Under the pieces are notes generated by a model, which was not told where the DNA came from, searched no databases, and saw only the letters and a list, made by a program, of their open reading frames with translations. From positions 1 to 23,037 of the forward strand of contig CAVZQN010000012.1 in the NCBI GenBank assembly GCA_963777505.1: 23,037 nucleotides of DNA. The letters are read 5' to 3'. This DNA comes from an uncultured bacterium (GTDB taxonomy: Bacteria > Acidobacteriota > HRBIN11 > JAKEFK01). The translations under genes and the position numbers were made by a program. This document shows positions 1 to 7,014 of the stretch, one piece after another. How positions within the stretch are numbered: the first letter of the stretch is position 1; the number at the start of each line of letters is the position of its first letter.

Positions 1-2
1 TT

Positions 3-677
3 CGCGGTTTAGTACGGATTCCGGATTCGGCTGGATCCGATACGCAATCAGCAGAAGACAAGATCCAAAAAAATCCTGTAGGTAATTCTCAGCAGGAAGC
101 CGCGTCGCCAAAGCTTCAACCTGAAGCCGCCAATTTACGTAAAGCTGAAGCAGGAATAACGGCGAATCAACTTCAATCGCAATTGCTCAACCAGACAAAC
201 AAAAAGATTTCTACAGGGACAACTCGTGCTACGAATCAAACACCAAAATCCGACGGCGCTGCTCTACAGAAGGCTCTCAAGATGTATGGGATTACGAATG
301 AGCAACTACAACGTTATGTTGCCACAGGTGAAGAGCCGGAAGGATTGAAGAAAGCTATAAGCGATGCAAGAACTAAAGGCGGATGGCCCGCGCTAAATAT
401 CGTTCGTGCAAGTTTTCAGAAGCGGGCGGAATACCTTCGAGCGAATAGCGGTCCGGATGATAGTAAAAGCCGCGCACAAGCAGATCAACTCGATGCAGAA
501 TCCGCGAGCCTCACGCGAAATCGGCAAGGGGTCCAACTGAAGCAGGCTAAGGATAGATTGGAATTAAGTAAAACCTCTACGCGTCCCGCTAACACTCAAA
601 ATCAAGTGACTCAAGCAACGATGGATATTGAAAACATAAGTGCTGAAATGGAGAAAATGATCAAACCGCGTAAGTAA
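3..677 (+). CDS. Hypothetical alpha-helical protein, 5'-partial, with disordered leader and shared N-terminal motif
   Basis: The frame of the listed 183..677 ORF is open back to base 3 (RGLVRIPDSAGSDTQSAEDKIQKNPVGNSQQEAASPKLQPEAANLRKAEAGITANQLQSQLLNQ...), so the true start is probably upstream of the window. No hydrophobic signal in the visible part; C-terminal half looks coiled-coil-like. Confidence 0.8.
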   Translation, partial: RGLVRIPDSAGSDTQSAEDKIQKNPVGNSQQEAASPKLQPEAANLRKAEAGITANQLQSQLLNQTNKKISTGTTRATNQTPKSDGAALQKALKMYGITNEQLQRYVATGEEPEGLKKAISDARTKGGWPALNIVRASFQKRAEYLRANSGPDDSKSRAQADQLDAESASLTRNRQGVQLKQAKDRLELSKTSTRPANTQNQVTQATMDIENISAEMEKMIKPRK

Positions 678-799
678 AAGTTGCTCCCCCCGTTGAATAT
701 CTATCGGTTTGAGATTCAGCGTTTCAAGTTGTTAGTGTATATTCCTACCGTGGTGAGACAGATAAAGCATTGGAATGGTTGGAACGCGCATACGTCCAA

Positions 800-852
800 C
801 GATCAGGACCCAAAATTCCTACCTATATATAGGTCGGTCAGAACGAGAAATC
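800..852. repeat. Short intergenic repeat (about 1.5 tandem units) with the palindrome ACCTATATATAGGT
   Basis: cgatcaggacccaaaattcctacctatatatagg (800-833) overlaps taggtcggtcagaacgagaaatc (830-852). Both resemble 10801-10842. Confidence 0.6.
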
Positions 853-982
853 TTATCACGCATCTCGCATCCGCATCTCAACTCTAAATGCCCTCGCCCT
901 GGCGTGTTTTTTTCCGGAAATACGTATTCATAACTAGAGGATTACTTATGGGTATAACGCCTGATGTTTTAGGGAGTGTGAA

Positions 983-2064
983 ATGAAAGTGTTTGTAATT
1001 TTGGTTGTTTCTCTTTGCTGTTTTTACTCAGGTTCTGTTTTCGCAATAGAGAATATACTTCTCTCGAGCAGCTACGACAGATAAGGAATTAATTCTCCTA
1101 AATGTTGAATACGAAAACAGGAAATTCAGGATTGTAGATCATGCCGTCTTCAAGCTGCCTTTTCAAGCTGGACTCACTGCTCTTGGCCGCTTACAAAATG
1201 GAAACTACCAGGTTGTTTGGACAGCTCAGGATGCGTCGAAAAAAATCAAAGTCCACAGCATGATATTTGATGCTGATCTTAACAAAATTGGAAATACCAA
1301 AAAGTTTGCGCCAATCCTCTCTTCCCATTTCAATTTGAATATTGTGAATTCGGATCCACAAACGCTCAAGACTGCAAAGGATGTCGATTCCTCTTTTGTA
1401 TCGTTAGAACGAAATAGTTCAGTTGTTTTGGTCGGACACAATGCTAACGGAACCTTCCGTCTCCCATACGATACATTGAATACTCCACCACCCGGTTTTA
1501 AAACGATTGATACTGCAATTACGGACTTTCTGACGCCGGCTACCGGCCCCTACTATGCCAACCTTGGTTACCTTGATTCGACAGGGGATAATGCGCTCCT
1601 GCTTGGCAATATCAATAACGAGAATTACACAACGGCTTTTGAATTTACTGGAGATGTTCTATCCATTGATCTGGTGGGCGACAGGAACAGATAATTTTAG
1701 CTTATTTGGTTGGGAGAAGTTGAACAACCCGGTACGATACCGAATATGGGAGCGCATTTTCAATGGTATTACTGGCCTGCCGGTCGAACGACAGAAAAAC
1801 ATACGGACAACCAAACCAGGAGATTTAGGAACACTCCCATCCTTTAATGGAGTTACTGCCGTACAGTCAAGCCAGTCGAGGGTACGTTTTCTATGGTGGA
1901 GCGAACCGGAACCTGGACTCATTGGAACCGATGTTTATGTCGCAAGCTTGGACGATGAAGCTAAAGAAAAAATAGTCCAACATTCAAATTTTGATATGAT
2001 CGGTTCGCCGAATTTTGTCCGATTCGAATACGCAATGGATTCTATTAACCTGGCAAGCGAGTGA
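983..2064 (+). CDS. Secreted hypothetical protein (about 360 aa), split by two +1 frameshifts
   Basis: RBS agggag at 971-976, ATG 983, signal peptide MKVFVILVVSLCCFYSGSVFA. Removing one base near 1067 joins it to the frame of the 1260..1694 ORF, which is open from 1050. Removing one G from ggg 1676-1678 joins it to the frame ending at 2064. Confidence 0.7.
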
Positions 2065-2187
2065 AATTCCAGTTTGCGGCGCCAGATCCTAAACCGTCCG
2101 CTATAATATGGAGGAGTTTCTACGAATACTTCCTGAACGAATCCGTACATTGCGCTAAAGGCTTCGACAGTTCCACTGAAAATTGGA

Positions 2188-3343
2188 ATGGTGAAGGCAA
2201 TCAATCCACGCATTGAAGTTCGCGGTAAAAGTATCGCTCGCACAACAACGCGTGACGGTGGTCTCGTATGGGCAGCAGTTTTCAATGCGGATAACGCAGG
2301 TGCGATCAGACTGCATGTGGAAAACATGTCGCTTCCTGCCGACACAAAAGTTTACCTGTACAGTAAGGATGGTCAGGCTTATGGTCCTTATACCGGAAAG
2401 GGTCCGAATCGTACAGGTGAATTCTGGACCGCCACTATTTTCGGTTCGGAAGCGATCTTGCAACTGCACATTTCATCTGCGGCAGCAAAGTCGAACTTGA
2501 GTAAAGTTTCGTTTCGGGTTCGGCAAGCAGGTTTGATTACGCGTCGATACGCAGGTGGATCGCAAGAGATTTTCAAACTCGTACCGAATGCACCCCTGGC
2601 GAACTGGCCGTGTGACAATATAAACTGCGTTGAGGATGCGACTTGCTACGGCGGTATCGCCGACACGCTGTCACTGGCAGTTGCAAAAATGGAGTGGCCA
2701 CAGGGCGCATTCCTCTACACTTGCACAGGTGGGCTTGATCAGTGACAACAATCCATCGCAGAACAACTTTTTCCTCACAGCGAATCATTGCGTTAGCAAA
2801 AACAACAATGCCAGGAACGTCAACTTCTACTGGCGATTCGCTACTTCGTCCTGTGAAGGGACTTGTCCAACGAATGGTGGATGGTCATTTCAAACGCAGG
2901 GTGCGACTGTCTCCGCGACAGGGAAAAAAGGAGACTTCTCGCTGCTTCATCTGAATTCTAATCCACCTGGTGGTTCCGTTTTTTTGGCATGGACCACAGC
3001 TCCGGTAGCGAACAGCAATGGAACCGATCTCTTTCGGGTCAGTAACCCGAATTTTGGTCCGCAGGTTTATTCAGAACACGATGTAGATACCAGTGCGTCT
3101 ACTTGTTCAGGCTGGCCCCGCGGACAGCGAATCTACACCCGGGATACGCTTGGTGCCATCGACGGTGGAAGCAGCGGTTCTCCGATCGTCAACAGCTCAA
3201 CGCAGATCGTAGGACAACTCAGCGGTACATGCGGAAGTAACCCAAACGATGCATGCTCCAGCGGGCCGGGTGAAGACAACGCTACCGTAGATGGCGCGTT
3301 AGCGTTTTACTTTTCATCCGTTCAACCGTTTCTCAATCCTTGA
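2188..3343 (+). CDS. Trypsin-like (S1) serine peptidase resembling the lysyl endopeptidase/Achromobacter protease I group; one frameshift, N-terminus apparently missing
   Basis: Removing one G from ggg 2731-2733 gives CTGGLISDNNPSQNNFFLTANHC. Triad motifs TANHC (His), GDFSLL (Asp) and GGSSGSP (Ser) are present. The pro-region resembles this family (AIRLHVENMSLP...VYLYS...GPYTG...FWT...I.G). Confidence 0.88.
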
Positions 3344-3351
3344 TCTTTTTA

Positions 3352-3384
3352 GAGCGCGGGCTTACAAAACCTAAGCCCGCGCTC
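3352..3384 (+). terminator. 13-bp perfect GC-rich hairpin (terminator or REP-like element)
   Basis: gagcgcgggctta-caaaacc-taagcccgcgctc, 8 nt after the protease stop. The U-tract is weak. Confidence 0.6.
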
Positions 3385-3973
3385 GTTCCTGCTACTGAAT
3401 TAGAGCTCGCAGTAAAAAACTACGATAAGAATCCGCGTATGATTCAGCAGCCTTGCGCGTATTTTCTGTTGCACTTGATATGACAAGTTCGAATGAATCA
3501 GGAATTTGACTTCTTTCGTTTATCCAAACGGAGCTTGCTCATTTCAAAAGACCTACTACTATCGCATCGTCACTCTGCCATCCGCAAAGAGATGGGTACC
3601 TATAAAGTTTGCGATCTGCAAAGTTGACGCCGCCATCCAATTCGGGGATCGGTACACGCGGTTGACACCTGTTTTGTATATATGATACGCTCGACTCAAC
3701 TCCAATTCACCTGATAAAAAACCGGTAACATCTTCTACAGTATTGATCTTCAGAACCGGTCATTAAGAATCGGTATTCGCTTTCCTCGTATCTTTGCGTA
3801 ACTGGCGCGTCAATTAAAGAACGTAAAGGCATCGGAACTGGGGCTGTTCCGAAAGAACTTTTGAACGTGCTTACGCACAGATCTACAATCCGGCTAAATC
3901 AAGCCCCTTAAGATTTAGTTCTAAAACAAACTGATTTGTTCTAAGCAAAGAACAAACATAAGTGGAGGCAACA

Positions 3974-5230
3974 GTGAAGAACCATTTTCCACTCTTCTCA
4001 ATTCTTTTCGTCTTCGTTTTTTTCGGCTGTATCGGGTTTACTCATAGTGATGCCGTCGAGGACTGGAACCTTTTCACAGCTCAAGCTAGTGCAACAGCAA
4101 CGGCTCCGCCTACGTCACGTCCAGGTCCCGCCTCGACACTTGATTTTGCGATGGTGCACATCGCCATACATGATTCAGTGCAAGCTTATGATGGACAATT
4201 TGAATCGTACTGTATTGATATTTCGAACGCGGACGGTTCACCGGTGGCTGCCATCGCCAAAGCCGCACATGATGTGCTTGTCAGCCGTTTTCCTGAACAA
4301 GCCGCAACACTGAATACCACATACAGCGACTATCTGGCCGACAACGATTTATTAGAAAGTGATCCTGGTGTGGTGGTCGGACAACAGGCTGCTGCATGCA
4401 TCATCGCACTGCGGGCTAACGATGGAAGCTACCCTAATCCGCCACCCGATCCATTTTTAGGTGGGATGGATCCAGGAGAGTGGCGTCCAACTCTTCCAGG
4501 ATTTGCACCCGGATTAATTCCGTGGCTGGGTGAAGTAACGCCATTTGCGCTGGATAGTACAGAGCAGTGCCATCCAGAACCTCCACCCGATCTAACAAGC
4601 AATCAGTACAAGAAGGATTACAAAGAAGTCAAGAAACTTGGGTCCGTGTCGAGTAACAGTCGCAGTGATAATGAAACGGACATGGCTAATTTCTGGTCGG
4701 CGAACATTATTCAAACCTGGAGCCTCGGTCTTCGTGATATCGCAACTGCGAATATCGACAACATTGGAGATAGCGCCCGATTATTTGCGCTAGTCTATAT
4801 CGCTAATGCGGACGCTGGAATCTGCGCTTGGGAGAGCAAATACTCATTCGTATTATGGCGTCCGATTACCGCCATTCAAGAAGGTGAGAACGATGGAAAC
4901 CCTAAGACCGACGGAGACCCAACCTGGTTGCCGCTATTAGCCACTCCACCCTATCCCGCCTACACATCCGGCGCAAATAATGTAAGTGGCTCTACGACTC
5001 GTATGTTGACCAACTTTTTCGCTACAAATCACATGAACTTTTCGTTGACGAGCACATTCCTGGGCGTGCAGAGAACGCGGGTGTACAACAAATTTTCAAA
5101 GCCAGCTGACGAAGTGGTCGATGCTCGTGTATTGCAGGGAATTCACTTCCGATTCGATGATACAACTGGCAGAAAACAAGGAGAAGGCGTAGCAGACTAC
5201 GTGTTTGAAAACTTCCTACGACCCCTCTGA
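3974..5230 (+). CDS. Secreted vanadium-dependent haloperoxidase / PAP2-superfamily protein
   Basis: GGAGG at 3964-3968 favours GTG 3974; a signal peptide precedes DAVEDWN. Motif 1 KYSFVLWRP (Kx6RP), motif 2 PAYTSGA (variant of PSGH), motif 3 ARVLQGIHFRFD (Rx5Hx3D). Confidence 0.9.
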   Translation: MKNHFPLFSILFVFVFFGCIGFTHSDAVEDWNLFTAQASATATAPPTSRPGPASTLDFAMVHIAIHDSVQAYDGQFESYCIDISNADGSPVAAIAKAAHDVLVSRFPEQAATLNTTYSDYLADNDLLESDPGVVVGQQAAACIIALRANDGSYPNPPPDPFLGGMDPGEWRPTLPGFAPGLIPWLGEVTPFALDSTEQCHPEPPPDLTSNQYKKDYKEVKKLGSVSSNSRSDNETDMANFWSANIIQTWSLGLRDIATANIDNIGDSARLFALVYIANADAGICAWESKYSFVLWRPITAIQEGENDGNPKTDGDPTWLPLLATPPYPAYTSGANNVSGSTTRMLTNFFATNHMNFSLTSTFLGVQRTRVYNKFSKPADEVVDARVLQGIHFRFDDTTGRKQGEGVADYVFENFLRPL

Positions 5231-5283
5231 TGACGACCGCTATGACAAGGACGACTGACGCTGTTCATCGCTAGCAATTACTA

Positions 5284-5311
5284 CAGGGCAGGTGACCATT
5301 GGCCTGCCCTG
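5284..5311. terminator. GC-rich hairpin downstream of the haloperoxidase (terminator or REP-like)
   Basis: cagggcagg-N10-cctgccctg, a 9-bp perfect stem with no U-tract. Confidence 0.4.
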
Positions 5312-5452
5312 AAGTCCCTGAACTGAAACGCTGATAGGAAAACGCGAATCGCGCAGCTCTTTTTTAAGCCACGCCGTTCGCTGCCAAAGCGCGGCGCTTG
5401 CGGCGGCTCTGTTAAACGACATTGGCCATCAAAAGGCGGATGTAAAAGCAAG

Positions 5453-5479
5453 AATTTGCCAAACGGCAAATTTTTGCCG
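5453..5479. promoter_or_regulatory. Candidate upstream activator sequence for a sigma54 enhancer-binding protein
   Basis: Overlapping palindromes AATTTGCC-aaac-GGCAAATT (5453-5472) and CGGCAAA-tt-TTTGCCG (5464-5479), 65-90 bp upstream of the -24 element. Confidence 0.5.
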
Positions 5480-5542
5480 ATTCGCAAAAAACAAAACGCA
5501 TTCTGATCTGATCGTATCCTCGAGATTCCCGCACAATGCTCT

Positions 5543-5558
5543 TGGCATAAGCGTTGCT
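5543..5558 (+). promoter_or_regulatory. sigma54 (RpoN) -24/-12 promoter
   Basis: TGGCATA-AGCG-TTGCT versus consensus TGGCACG-N4-TTGCW. GG 5544-5545 and GC 5556-5557 are separated by exactly 10 nt. The RBS aggagg and ATG 5587 follow. Confidence 0.8.
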
Positions 5559-5586
5559 TTAGTGTTGAACGCATCAGGAGGGAAAA

Positions 5587-6847
5587 ATGTTTAAGGTCGG
5601 AATCAATTCAGCACCACGGATTACAACGCCGGAAATAAACGAGACCGAGGAAACTCAGCAACAAAATGTGCAGGAGCAGATTGCGCCGCCGCAGGCAAAA
5701 CCAGTTTCGGCCGCAAATTCATCGATTCGAAGTGAAGCTATGTTTTCGACAATGGCTATGCGTTCACAGTTGACTCAACAGTTAGCTAACAACGAATCTA
5801 TGAAATCGAATCCTGAATCGCTTCAAAACATCGCACAAGTTGATCTGAAAGCGCCTTTAACGGAGAGTCAGGCAGATCAGCAAATCAATAACAAACCTGA
5901 ATACGATCAGCGAAAACCACTTACTGGTAGAGATCCATGGAATGGAGCTCTGTTGCCTAAGACCCTATTCACAGGTGATGGTGATGATCTCGTTGATATC
6001 CAGCAGAGTTCCGATGGAAGAGTTCATGTGAATGTAAATGGAAAGGAAGCATGGTCCGGGACAGTCAGACAATATCAGTCACTGACAATCAATACTGGCG
6101 CAGGAAACGATACTGTGAACATCCATAACATGAATTATTTGGTCGGTACTAAGCTTCAGACCGGGGATGGAAATGATGTAGTAAATAATCAGAGCTCGCT
6201 TACTTCGATCGATACAGGTGCGGGAAACGACACGGTCAACTCGAATGGAGACAATAATCAAATTAACACAGGCGATGGAAACGATATTGTAGAAATAACC
6301 GGAGACAATAACGAAATACAAACCGGAGACGGCGCTGATTGGGTTCGCCTGAACAGTGAGCGCTTTACGAATGGAGGAATTGACACTTACTCCGGTTACG
6401 CCAACCGCGTCGATACGGGAGCAGGAAATGATTCAGTGTTAGTCGAGGGACCAGTTAGGGGCAGACATTTCTACTGGTGACGGCGATGATTACGTTGACA
6501 ATAAAGGCAGTGGTTCCACTATTCAGACCGGCGATGGAAATGATTGGGTTGAAAATAGCGGAGATTACAGCAAAATCGAAACAGGCGGCGGAAACGATCG
6601 GATCAATCAGACATCCGGAGAAGGAACAACAATCAATCCAGGAGAAGGCTACGATCATGTTTACGTTAAGGAAAATCATGATGGATCGGACACTGGCGGT
6701 TATTGGATGAGAGATTCTTATACCGGACAGGATTACTGGGTGCGCAGTGAGGAAAATAGCGTGGCTCCAATCACAGTGGAAACAGATGGCAACGATGTTG
6801 TCTATAACAGCGATGATTCAAAAGTGATCGTTGATGATGAGAAGTAG
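5587..6847 (+). CDS. RTX-like calcium-binding beta-roll repeat protein with disordered N-terminal leader; one frameshift
   Basis: Repeats of x-TG[AD]G[ND]DxV, often with an 18-aa period (QTGDGNDVV, DTGAGNDTV, NTGDGNDIV, QTGDGADWV). Removing one G from gggg 6458-6461 continues the repeats (ISTGDGDDYV, QTGDGNDWV, ETGGGNDRI, NPGEGYDHV) to TAG 6845-6847. Confidence 0.82.
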
Positions 6848-6875
6848 GAAATGTTGCGTGCGAAAGAATTGAAAT

Positions 6876-6942
6876 CACCACAAAGAACAAAGGTCACAAA
6901 GGATTTATAAGATCAAGTAATATTTGTTCTTTGTGTCTTTGT
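6876..6942. repeat. Inverted repeat built from CACAAAG-like units (REP-like)
   Basis: caccacaaagaacaaaggtcacaaagg ... tttgttctttgtgtctttgt. Bases 6879-6891 are the exact reverse complement of 6923-6935. Confidence 0.6.
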
Positions 6943-7014
6943 CCTCCGTTCACTAGGTGAGTTGGATCGTCTTCCTTTAAGAGTAAACAAATTATGTAAC
7001 AGGAGGACAAAAAA

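Noticed and set aside
800-852. CRISPR array
   Set aside because: Fewer than two full units, no unique spacers and no cas genes.
681-887. 68-aa ORF
   Set aside because: TTG start without RBS, runs through the repeat element and has no protein-like features.
3662-3686. TTGACA...TATGAT sigma70 promoter
   Set aside because: The spacer is only 13 bp.
3826-3910. Possible c-di-GMP-type riboswitch around gttccgaaagaac
   Set aside because: Only a small hairpin matches; the second stem and conserved linker are not recognisable.
5366-5417. Imperfect GC-rich hairpin next to GTTAAAC, considered as an integron attC site
   Set aside because: I could not find a properly spaced complementary R box pair, and there is no integrase or cassette array.
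6477-6710. 77-aa ORF after the RTX-like gene
   Set aside because: Wrong frame; the RTX repeats continue in a different frame to 6847.
6855-6871. 17-bp exact match tgcgtgcgaaagaattg with 9434-9450
   Set aside because: One copy is inside the DUF763 coding sequence and the flanks do not extend. Somewhat unlikely by chance, but no mechanism is supported.
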